IMG/VR virus record: IMGVR_UViG_3300045116_000678
Location: 18,903 to 82,902 of that record
Length of the DNA: 64,000 nt
From: a virus
Direction: 5' to 3' (one strand)
Shown here: positions 18,628 through 26,226 of the stretch, in pieces
Position numbering within the stretch: the first letter of the stretch is position 1
Layout of the letters: each line of letters starts with the position of its first letter
The notes under the pieces: model-generated
Told to the model about the DNA's origin: nothing
The model's input: only the letters and a program-made list of their open reading frames with translations
Database searches by the model: none
Position numbers and translations under genes: made by a program

Positions 18628-20214
18628 TCAAAGACGCCAATCAGGCGCCATTCCTTCTTCTTCGTCGGCCGTGGCGGTGGCCGAATCGAGCATCCCGAGT
18701 TCCTTGGCCTGAGCCCACTGTCGGAAGGCGTCCGCGCCCTCGCTGCAGAGGTTCCCCTTCTCGGGCTGGTCCACGAACCGGCTCTGCGCGCGATTGAACT
18801 TCTTGCGGTAGCCATCCAGGCGCTGGATGCCCAGGGCGCAGGCCTTGCGGTCCAGGAAGGCGCCCTTCATGTGCTTGCGCGTCTGGTGGATGCCGGTCAT
18901 CAGCTCTGTGATGCGCGGCACGATCTCGAAGCGCTGGCCGGGCATCAGGTCGGCCAGCATTTCTTTCGTGCTGCGGTTGTAGTCGCCCAGGCGCTTGTGG
19001 TCAGCGTCGTGCGGCAGGAAGTGACGGCCGAAGACATAGCCGCGCTTCTGCAGCTCGGTGACGTAGTGCCGCAGGTCCTCGCCGCGGGCTTCGTAGTAGC
19101 CGATGAAGCGATCCTGGCCGCGCAGGTCCTGGTGGAACCACACCGCGCACCCGTCGCTGTTGCCGATGTCCCAGAAGGTGTTCACCGGCAGGTCCAGCAC
19201 CGGCACATCCGTGATGCCGCCGCGCTTGCGCAGCGCGGTCATGTCCTTGGCGTAGTAGTTCCCCTCGGTGCTGATCTGGAAGGCCTCGACCGGCGTCGAC
19301 GGGTACTCCTGCCACATCCGCTCCTCGCGCCCGGAGAAGTCGGCCTCCATCGTGGCGACATACCAAGCGCGCTGGTCGATGTCGATGGTGCAGTCCATCT
19401 CGACCTCGACCCGATCGAAGTAGTCGTGCTGCTCCGTGGTGATCGCCACGGACCGCGAGTCCATGCGGTACTTCGGCTCCTGCCACCAAGCGTAGAAGTG
19501 GAACCGGTAGTCGCGCGGCGTGAGGGGCAGCTTGCCAGCGTGCGCAGCCTCGGCGCGCTGCACCATCTCGAAGAACTCGCCTTCCCTGCCCTCGGCCGTG
19601 CTCTCGATGACCAGGATGCCGTTGAGCGGCACGGCGGGGATGGAGCCGGTGACGACCTCGGCCGCCTTGTCGGGGAACTTGGCGCAGATCTTCCCGAACT
19701 CGCTGACGTGCAGGCGGTGGATCGTGCCCGACCGCATGGACGTGGCGACGCGCACGCTGCTGTTGTTGTGCGCGAAAAGCAGTTCTGTCGCGCTGTCGCG
19801 TGCGAGAGGGAACCGCTCACGGATCTCGACTGGCAGGCTGTCGTAGGCGAACTTGACCTTGTCCCGGAAGATGACTTCGGCAGCCTCGCGGTCCTGGGCG
19901 ATGATCCCGCAGCGCTGGTCGGAATTGAACAGGGCGTGGTCCAGCCAAAGGATCGCGATCAGGGTGGTGAAGCCCAGCTGCCGCGCCTTCAGGATCAGGT
20001 TCCGGTGCCACAGACGACGCACGAACCGCCGCTGAGCGCGGTTGGGCCGGAAGGGCATGACCATGGCGTCGTCGCCGTCGTCGTCGCCCTTCACCATGAT
20101 CTTGTAGAGGCAGCCGCTGAAGACGCGCCACTCCGGGTCCGCCAGGCAGCGCGCCAGCTCCGCGGCGTTGGTCGGCAGCGGAAGGAGCGGCTCGTCGTGC
20201 GTGATGGTGGTCAC
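18628..20214 (-). CDS. terL: Terminase large subunit
   Basis: Walker A LKARQLGFTT, Walker B LHVSE, IESTAEG, nuclease WDIG..D, LPHD, GADAFR. Confidence 0.95.
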   Translation of the reverse strand: MTTITHDEPLLPLPTNAAELARCLADPEWRVFSGCLYKIMVKGDDDGDDAMVMPFRPNRAQRRFVRRLWHRNLILKARQLGFTTLIAILWLDHALFNSDQRCGIIAQDREAAEVIFRDKVKFAYDSLPVEIRERFPLARDSATELLFAHNNSSVRVATSMRSGTIHRLHVSEFGKICAKFPDKAAEVVTGSIPAVPLNGILVIESTAEGREGEFFEMVQRAEAAHAGKLPLTPRDYRFHFYAWWQEPKYRMDSRSVAITTEQHDYFDRVEVEMDCTIDIDQRAWYVATMEADFSGREERMWQEYPSTPVEAFQISTEGNYYAKDMTALRKRGGITDVPVLDLPVNTFWDIGNSDGCAVWFHQDLRGQDRFIGYYEARGEDLRHYVTELQKRGYVFGRHFLPHDADHKRLGDYNRSTKEMLADLMPGQRFEIVPRITELMTGIHQTRKHMKGAFLDRKACALGIQRLDGYRKKFNRAQSRFVDQPEKGNLCSEGADAFRQWAQAKELGMLDSATATADEEEGMAPDWRL

Positions 20215-21149
20215 GGCGGATCCTTGCGACCCGTGTCGTGTTCGGGATCCTGGGCGACCGGCTTGAAGCCGTTCGATGTGCCGCCGGCGATTGCGTGCAG
20301 CAGGCTGGCCAGCGGGTCGACGCGCTGCTGGTTGTCCTTCTCGTACAGCCCGAGGTGCTTCGCCAGCTTCTCGATGGCGTCCAGCTTGGAGTGCATCTTG
20401 ACCTCAATGCCCTCCTTGGTCTGCTTGACGCCGGCGTACAGAGCCAGCGCGGCCGGAGACAGGCGGCGGGTGTCGCACACGAAGGTCTGCCCGAAGCCCT
20501 TGCCGAAGCAATGCGGGCATCCGGGGTGCGGAGCGCGATGCGGGTTGAAGCCGATGCCGCCTTTCGGGTCGAATTCCTCAGGCCCCTTGTTCTCCTTCAT
20601 CAGGCGCATCTGGTCGGCAGCGAACTCTTCTGCGGTGCGCTGGTAGCCGAAGCCCTCGCCGTGGCAGTGCCGGCAACAGCCCACCACGTATTCCACCAGC
20701 TCGCGAGCGTCAGCCGTGGCGATCAGCGCCAGCTCTCGGACCACGCGGTCCGCAGTGATGTGCGTGCGCTCCTGCTGCTGCTGCCGGGCCTCAGCGATGG
20801 CAGCCTGGATGTACGGTTTTGACAGGTTCTCCGACGCCATCTGGCGGGCCGACTCTGTGCTGTATCCGGCCCGCTCGGCCGCCTTGGTGGCATTCAGGTC
20901 CACCAGGTACTCGTCCACAAACCGCTGCTGTTTGGGCGTGAGGGCCACAGGCGCCGTTGGCTGCGTGCTATCGATTTCGGAGCGCTTCGCGACCTTCTTC
21001 GCTGCTGGCTTCGCCTTCGCCTCGACCACCGCTGCCGGATTCGGCTTCTTGCGCGCGAGCACGACCGCTGCCTTCTTGGGGGCGGCGGTGGGCTTGGTGG
21101 TCTTCTTGGGAGGAGGCGCCGGCTTCTTGGCCGGCTTGCGGGTTGCCAT
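20211..21149 (-). CDS. terS: Terminase small subunit with Lys/Ala-rich N-terminus and Zn-ribbon insert
   Basis: LTPKQQRFVDEYLVDLNATKAAERAGYS; CCRHCHG...CPHCFG; KLAKHLG. Confidence 0.9.
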   Translation of the reverse strand: MATRKPAKKPAPPPKKTTKPTAAPKKAAVVLARKKPNPAAVVEAKAKPAAKKVAKRSEIDSTQPTAPVALTPKQQRFVDEYLVDLNATKAAERAGYSTESARQMASENLSKPYIQAAIAEARQQQQERTHITADRVVRELALIATADARELVEYVVGCCRHCHGEGFGYQRTAEEFAADQMRLMKENKGPEEFDPKGGIGFNPHRAPHPGCPHCFGKGFGQTFVCDTRRLSPAALALYAGVKQTKEGIEVKMHSKLDAIEKLAKHLGLYEKDNQQRVDPLASLLHAIAGGTSNGFKPVAQDPEHDTGRKDPP

Positions 21150-21157
21150 GGCGCGCG

Positions 21158-21198
21158 AGTGTTCCTGCACCTTCACCCACGGTCGAACCCTATAGGGG
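21158..21198 (-). promoter_or_regulatory. Late promoter copy 5
   Basis: CCCCTATAGGG-N24-AACACT, 8 nt before terS ATG. Confidence 0.7.
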
Positions 21199-21226
21199 GC
21201 GGCAGGCTGTCCGGCAAAATCGACCC

Positions 21227-21814
21227 ATGAAAGTGCTGCAGTCGTTTCTCATGGCGGTCGCCGTTGCTTCGTACGTCCCTGCCTATGCAGCCGAAGACGC
21301 TGAAGCCCTGAAAGCGCTGGTCGACCGGCAGAACAGCATCTGCAGAGGTGGCGCCGGCGGCGACCAGACCAAGATGGAGGCAGCCTGCGATGAGCGCGGC
21401 CGCAACATGGCGCGGCTCGAGCGCATGGGGTGGTGCTGGGGCCCGGCTGACCAGCCCGGCTACCTGCAGAAGTGGATACGCTGCCCCGGGCAAGCGGGTG
21501 CTCAAGCGCGGCAGCAGGGCGAGAGCCAGTCCTCCGACGACGCGCGGCTCGTCAGCTGCGCGAAGCAAGCGACGCTGCTACAAGACATCGCGAGGTGGCG
21601 AGATGCTGGCGTGCCGGCTGATAGCGGCCGCGCGTTCCAGCGTGCGATGGCCAGGGCCGCCTATTTGGAACTGCCCAAGGCATTCACGGACAGGCTGGGC
21701 GGGCTGTACGGTGACATCCACCACGGCCGCATGCTCGGGATGACCCCGAACGAGATTCTGGCGGATTGGACCGTGAAGTGCCGCAGCGCGGCTTCACTGC
21801 GGAAGCCTGCATAG
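21227..21814 (+). CDS. Secreted Cys-containing moron protein
   Basis: Signal peptide MKVLQSFLMAVAVASYVPAYA; CRGG..ACDER..GWCWG. Confidence 0.7.
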   Translation: MKVLQSFLMAVAVASYVPAYAAEDAEALKALVDRQNSICRGGAGGDQTKMEAACDERGRNMARLERMGWCWGPADQPGYLQKWIRCPGQAGAQARQQGESQSSDDARLVSCAKQATLLQDIARWRDAGVPADSGRAFQRAMARAAYLELPKAFTDRLGGLYGDIHHGRMLGMTPNEILADWTVKCRSAASLRKPA

Positions 21815-21833
21815 TAGTAGCAACTGCCGAGAC

Positions 21834-21866
21834 AAAGAAAGCCCGCCAGGCGCAGGCCCGGCGGGC
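21834..21866 (-). terminator. Intrinsic terminator
   Basis: GCCCGCCGGGC-CTGC-GCCTGGCGGGC-TTTCTTT. Confidence 0.7.
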
Positions 21867-22082
21867 GAATCACGCGAGACAGGATCGCGCGAGGAGACAT
21901 CTGGCCGGCGCAGGCGCCGGGGTACGGCCAATCCGACTACGTGCGCAGTGCACGCTTGGCCGTGCGGTTCTCATCCCGCCCTGCATCCCCCGGGATGAGC
22001 GAGGGGTAATGATGGAGTGGCTTGCCCCCCACTCCCGCGCCAGGGCTGGCACTCAACTCGGGGACCGTCGTTGCCGACCGAG
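21834..22082 (-). ncRNA. Putative ~250-nt multi-hairpin late ncRNA
   Basis: Bounded by late promoter copy 6 and terminator; consecutive hairpins; no convincing ORF. Confidence 0.55.
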
Positions 22083-22430
22083 CCCTGATAGTCGCCGCGC
22101 TGGGTGTTGAGCCGAACCCCTACAGGGGGCCGACAAGGTGGCTGGGGATGTCCGGCCGAAGCGCGCAGCCACGATGGCGCGGCCCACGGCCATGCGCATG
22201 GTCTGGCCCTCGATCCACGGCCCGGCTGGGATGCTGGCGCCAGGCCGGCCGACGACCACTGCGCACCAGATCCAGTCTTTCCCGGGCATGGGTGCCGCCT
22301 GGATGGCTAGGCGTTCCATCACCATGTCGATGTCGGGCCAGCGGGTGAGGTACTGGGTGCCGGCCGGCGCGTCCAAGGCCTGGGCGATCAGGGCTTCGAG
22401 GGTCTTGCTGGGGAGCTCGGAGACTTGCAC
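22053..22430 (-). CDS. NinX/DUF2591-like protein
   Basis: GGGAGAGA RBS; G.T...AVGRAIVAARFG motif. Confidence 0.55.
   Translation of the reverse strand: MQVSELPSKTLEALIAQALDAPAGTQYLTRWPDIDMVMERLAIQAAPMPGKDWIWCAVVVGRPGASIPAGPWIEGQTMRMAVGRAIVAARFGRTSPATLSAPCRGSAQHPARRLSGLGRQRRSPS
22088..22128 (-). promoter_or_regulatory. Late promoter copy 6
   Basis: CCCCTGTAGGG-N24-GACTAT. Confidence 0.7.
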
Positions 22431-22453
22431 CTGCCGATTCTCTCCCGCGTGCC

Positions 22454-22531
22454 TGGTGCCGCCACCACGGATTCGAACCTGGGGCCCTTCCCTTACAGGG
22501 GGAACGCTCTACCGGACTGAGCTATGACGGC
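22454..22531 (-). tRNA. tRNA-Thr(TGT), variant
   Basis: GCCGTCA/TGGCGGC acceptor, GCTC/GAGC D-stem, TTCCC-CCTGTAA-GGGAA anticodon arm, TTCGAAT T-loop, ACCA. Confidence 0.8.
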
Positions 22532-22538
22532 TGTGGAG

Positions 22539-22653
22539 TGATGGTGGCCGGTGCTGATCCCCGGCGCGGCTTCTGCAGGTCGGAGCGAATCACGCCTTGC
22601 GATCCATGCCGCCCCTCTCCGCATCGGGGCGCCCAGCATGCGCGTTCACCATC
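22539..22653 (-). ncRNA. tRNA-like RNA with complementary D- and T-like loops
   Basis: GATGGTG/CACCATC stem; GCGC-ATGCTGG-GCGC; GCCGG-GGATCAGCA-CCGGC. Confidence 0.55.
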
Positions 22654-22927
22654 GTGTCGAGGCACTGTGCGCTCCCCCAGGAACCCCCGGCGGCAATGCC
22701 TCGGCATGATGGCGCCCCGTCTTCCCGGGGCGCCAGCGCTGTTTTGCATCACGCCCGGGCAACTGGCCCAGTCTCAACGCTCTGCATGGGCCTCACCCCA
22801 ACCGGGGCATTTGCCGCGCCTTCCCTCGCAATGGGTGCCGGTTGCCGCCCGGCGCCGTCGCAGGTGTCCACGTTGGGGTCTGCGGCAGCGGCTTACCCCT
22901 TGCGAGGGCGCTCTCTCTACGGTTGTC

Positions 22928-23004
22928 TGGTTGCGGGAACCGGACTTGAACCGGCGGCCTCCGGGGTATGAGCCCGGCGCTCTAACCAACTGAGCTAGCC
23001 CGCG
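22928..23004 (-). tRNA. tRNA-Met(CAT), initiator-like
   Basis: 77 nt; C1:A72 mismatch; GGG/CCC anticodon stem; CAT; TTCAAGT; ACCA. Confidence 0.88.
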
Positions 23005-23527
23005 GCGCGAAGTCTCCAGCGTTGGCGGCCGCCTTCACAGCCCTACAGGGGGTGCCGAACAGCTGCCCCTGCTCCGGGTCGACCTTCTCGGCAAGGGCCT
23101 GCACCTGGCGGCGCAGTCGGAGGATCTCCTGCGCTTGCTCCGCGGCGATGGTGGCCATGTTGCGGCCCGTCTCGATCGCGGCAGCCTGCGCGGCGGCGCC
23201 GGCCTGCAGGTTGGCCAGCATGCGGTCCTCCCGCGGCGTCAGGTTCAGCACCTCGTCGCCGATTTCGAGCTTCACCATGCCATCCGGCATGACGGTCTTG
23301 CTCATCGGCCGCGCCGGCGGGTGCCGCGGTGCCGGCACGTAGACGCCGCGCTGCACCCGCAGGATGGCTCCATCGTCGGCCAGGGTGCCGAGGCGGTCAT
23401 CGATCACCGTGAGCTTGAGTCCAGTGAGCCCGGCGAGCGTCTCCCGGGTCACGATCTGTTCCTGGGCGTGCAGATCCTGCACGGCCTCCATAACCAGGGC
23501 GGTGGTCGATTTGCGGGTGTCAGCCAT
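22982..23527 (-). CDS. Winged-helix DNA-binding protein; candidate late activator
   Basis: GAGGAG RBS; VTRETLAGLTGLKLTVIDDRLGTLADDGAILRVQRGVY; last gene of early operon. Confidence 0.65.
   Translation of the reverse strand: MADTRKSTTALVMEAVQDLHAQEQIVTRETLAGLTGLKLTVIDDRLGTLADDGAILRVQRGVYVPAPRHPPARPMSKTVMPDGMVKLEIGDEVLNLTPREDRMLANLQAGAAAQAAAIETGRNMATIAAEQAQEILRLRRQVQALAEKVDPEQGQLFGTPCRAVKAAANAGDFAPRASSVG
23011..23051 (-). promoter_or_regulatory. Late promoter copy 7
   Basis: CCCCTGTAGGG-N24-GAGACT, 6 nt before tRNA-Met nucleotide 1. Confidence 0.72.
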
Positions 23528-24065
23528 CGTTCTCTCCTCGTTGAATCCTGTCCAGTGCCCACTGGGCGGCGTTCCGGTCCCGAGCGGGGCGCTCGGGGTC
23601 GTTCGCGATCTTGTGCCACACGCCCCGCTGGCGCGCGTGTGCCTCCTCGAAGGCCTGCGCCTTCTGCTCGAGCGTTGCGTTGTAGCTGCTGTCCAGCCAG
23701 GTGTGGCAACGCGCGCAGGCCCACACGCTGTACTGGTCGTCAGCCTTCCGGGCGCCTGCCTTGCCGTGAACCTGCAGGTTCGAGTGCGCGGCAACAGTGG
23801 TCTGACGGTCGTCGTTGCACACCCCAGGAACGCGCAGCAGGCAAGGCGCGTCGCGCGCAAGGTGGAGCAGCGCGCGGTTTCGCTGGGCCTCCGTCTTGGG
23901 CAGCGCACCTGCGAAGTCGCCGTCGTTGATCGCCACCATGCGCACGATGCGGCCGGGCACGGCGGCAATAGCTATCATTTTCATAGCTGACCGATCAGGC
24001 CGGGCGGGCGCCGCGGGCTGATTCCGCTTCCACTCCGACCGCCGCAGCGGAGCACTGCGCTTCAT
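23520..24065 (-). CDS. DUF1364/YbcO-like nuclease-domain protein
   Basis: PCLLRVPGVC..TTVAAH..KADD..ACARCH..LD. Confidence 0.75.
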   Translation of the reverse strand: MKRSAPLRRSEWKRNQPAAPARPDRSAMKMIAIAAVPGRIVRMVAINDGDFAGALPKTEAQRNRALLHLARDAPCLLRVPGVCNDDRQTTVAAHSNLQVHGKAGARKADDQYSVWACARCHTWLDSSYNATLEQKAQAFEEAHARQRGVWHKIANDPERPARDRNAAQWALDRIQRGENDG

Positions 24066-25840
24066 GCTGGCAGTGCCTCCAGGCCTTCCGGTGCGATGTC
24101 GGCCACCTGCTCTTCGGCGGGCGGCGCCACGCCGCGCTTGACCAGGAACTCGCGAGCAAGGCGGCGCAGGTGCCCTTCCCCGGTCTCGATGCGCTCAGCG
24201 AGCGCCGTGTCCGGGTTCCGCACGTTCTCGATCTGCTCCCGCTTCACGCCGAGCACCTCGGCCATGATCGGGTCGGCGCCGCTGTCCGACAGCAGGAAGT
24301 ACGCGGCGCAGTGGTCTTCCTGCCCGTCGCGGTGCAGCCGGCCCATGCACTGCTCGTGCACCCCCGGACTCCAGTCGAGCTCGCCGAAGACGGCGATGCG
24401 CGCGTAGCCCTGCAACCCGTCGACGCCGGCGCCGGAGCGCAGCGACATCATCAGGACGCGCGACTCGCCGGACAGGAACTGCCGCACCGCCTCATCCTTC
24501 TGGGCGGCCGACTCGCTGCCTGTGTACAGCACTGGCTCGTACTCGGCCAGCGCTTCGGCCCAGATGTCATAGACGGCGCGGTGCCAGCCGAACAGGACGA
24601 CGGGCTCGCCGCTCTCCAGCAGCAGCTTCACGAACTCGGCCACGTACGGCGCCTTCGCGATGCCGGTGGCCTGGCGCATCAGGGCATCGAACTCGCCCGC
24701 GGCCTGCATCTTCTGGCCGCGGTGCGACTCGCCGGCCTGCAGCACGATGCGCGCGAGCGCCACAGCGTCGCTCTTCAGGGCCTCCAGCGCCTTCTCGTCG
24801 GCGTCGATCTCGTGGATGATCTTCTCCAGCGGCGGGAGCTCGCGGCCGACGTCGGCGCGCGTGCGGCGCAGCATCAGGCCCTCGCGCCGCAGGTAGGCGC
24901 CGAATTCCTTGGCGTCGTCCAGGCGCGAGTTTCCGCCGGGCGCCGGCGCGCACCATTCGCGGATGAACTCGTCGTGCTCGCCAAGTGCGCCCGGGCACAC
25001 CACGTCCAGCACGTTGAAGAACTCGCTGCCGTAGTTGTAGATGGGGGTGGCGCTCAGGACGATGCGCTTCTTCGCCCGCTCGGCCACGTATTTGCACGCG
25101 ATGTAGATGGCGCTGCCGCTGCTGCGAAGCTGCTGCCCCTCATCGAACACCACGAACTGCACCTTGCCGGCCAGCTCGTCCGCCCAGCCACGCAGCTTGT
25201 GGTAGCTGGTGACGATCACGTCGGGGAGCATCGGCGGCAGCAGTTCTTGCTGCGCGGCGGGTTGCTTGCCTCGACCCTTGGGCGTCAGGTCGTAGGGCGT
25301 GCCCTTCTTCAGGATGTGCACGTTGAGGTGCGGCGCGAAGCGCTGCAGCATCTTCTTCCACTGGCGCGGCAGGTGCGCCGGGCATACGACCAGCGCAGGA
25401 AGGCGCCCCGGCTGGACAATCGCGGCGATCGCCGACACGGTCTTGCCCAAGCCGACGTCGTCGGCCAGGATGTAGCCGTCACGGACGTCGAGCATCTGCG
25501 CCGCCAGGACCTGGTATTCCCGTGCGGGCTCGGCCAGCGGCAGCGCCGGCGCGGCGACATAGCCAGCGAGCAGCTCGGCCAGGGCCTTCTCCGCCGCCTT
25601 GTGACGCTCGGTCAGGCCCGCGAGGATGTCTGGCCGGTCGACCTCCATCGGGAACCGGTCCAGAAACCACGCCAGCTCCCGCGTGTTCTCCGCGGATGCC
25701 GACAGGTGGATGTGCTCGCCGGCCACCTGGGGCGCGCGCGGGAATACGCGCTTCAGGCGCGTGCGCACGTGCGGCTCGCAGGTGATGCGCCACCGCTCAA
25801 GGGCGGGGACGTAGGTCACGGTGCCATAGGTCTTGCTCAA
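24062..25840 (-). CDS. SNF2-family helicase
   Basis: ADDVGLGKT, DEGQ, LSATP, QCMGRLHRDGQ; TTG start in TTGA overlap. Confidence 0.88.
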   Translation of the reverse strand: MSKTYGTVTYVPALERWRITCEPHVRTRLKRVFPRAPQVAGEHIHLSASAENTRELAWFLDRFPMEVDRPDILAGLTERHKAAEKALAELLAGYVAAPALPLAEPAREYQVLAAQMLDVRDGYILADDVGLGKTVSAIAAIVQPGRLPALVVCPAHLPRQWKKMLQRFAPHLNVHILKKGTPYDLTPKGRGKQPAAQQELLPPMLPDVIVTSYHKLRGWADELAGKVQFVVFDEGQQLRSSGSAIYIACKYVAERAKKRIVLSATPIYNYGSEFFNVLDVVCPGALGEHDEFIREWCAPAPGGNSRLDDAKEFGAYLRREGLMLRRTRADVGRELPPLEKIIHEIDADEKALEALKSDAVALARIVLQAGESHRGQKMQAAGEFDALMRQATGIAKAPYVAEFVKLLLESGEPVVLFGWHRAVYDIWAEALAEYEPVLYTGSESAAQKDEAVRQFLSGESRVLMMSLRSGAGVDGLQGYARIAVFGELDWSPGVHEQCMGRLHRDGQEDHCAAYFLLSDSGADPIMAEVLGVKREQIENVRNPDTALAERIETGEGHLRRLAREFLVKRGVAPPAEEQVADIAPEGLEALPA

Positions 25841-26226
25841 AATGCTGCCCCTCTGAGGTGGAGTACCTGAATCTGCTTGTCGTTCTCTTTCGAGACGTAC
25901 CGAGGAGCCGTACGGCCCCAGTGGCGCGCGGCGACCAGCACCACGGCCGAGACGTCGTCGCGCTTGAGGTACCTCGCGCACTGGCCGAGCGCCTGGCTCA
26001 ATGACCCCTTGGTCTTGGCCTCGATGACGATGCCGGTCGGCAACAGGAAGTCGAAGCGGTCGTCAGGGCCTGCCACGAACTCGTGTTGGAACTCCAGGCC
26101 GGCTTCGGTGAGCACCTTGCTGATGCCGCTGTGGAGATCGACCTCGTCCGCAAAGCGGTAGGCGAAGCGCGGCAGTTCTTGCGTCACGCGGCGCAGCACG
26201 AGAGGATTGGGCTTCAAGGCGGTCAC
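25837..26226 (-). CDS. PD-(D/E)xK nuclease-like protein
   Basis: E..RFDFL..GIVIEAK..Q..RY. Confidence 0.65.
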   Translation of the reverse strand: MTALKPNPLVLRRVTQELPRFAYRFADEVDLHSGISKVLTEAGLEFQHEFVAGPDDRFDFLLPTGIVIEAKTKGSLSQALGQCARYLKRDDVSAVVLVAARHWGRTAPRYVSKENDKQIQVLHLRGAAF

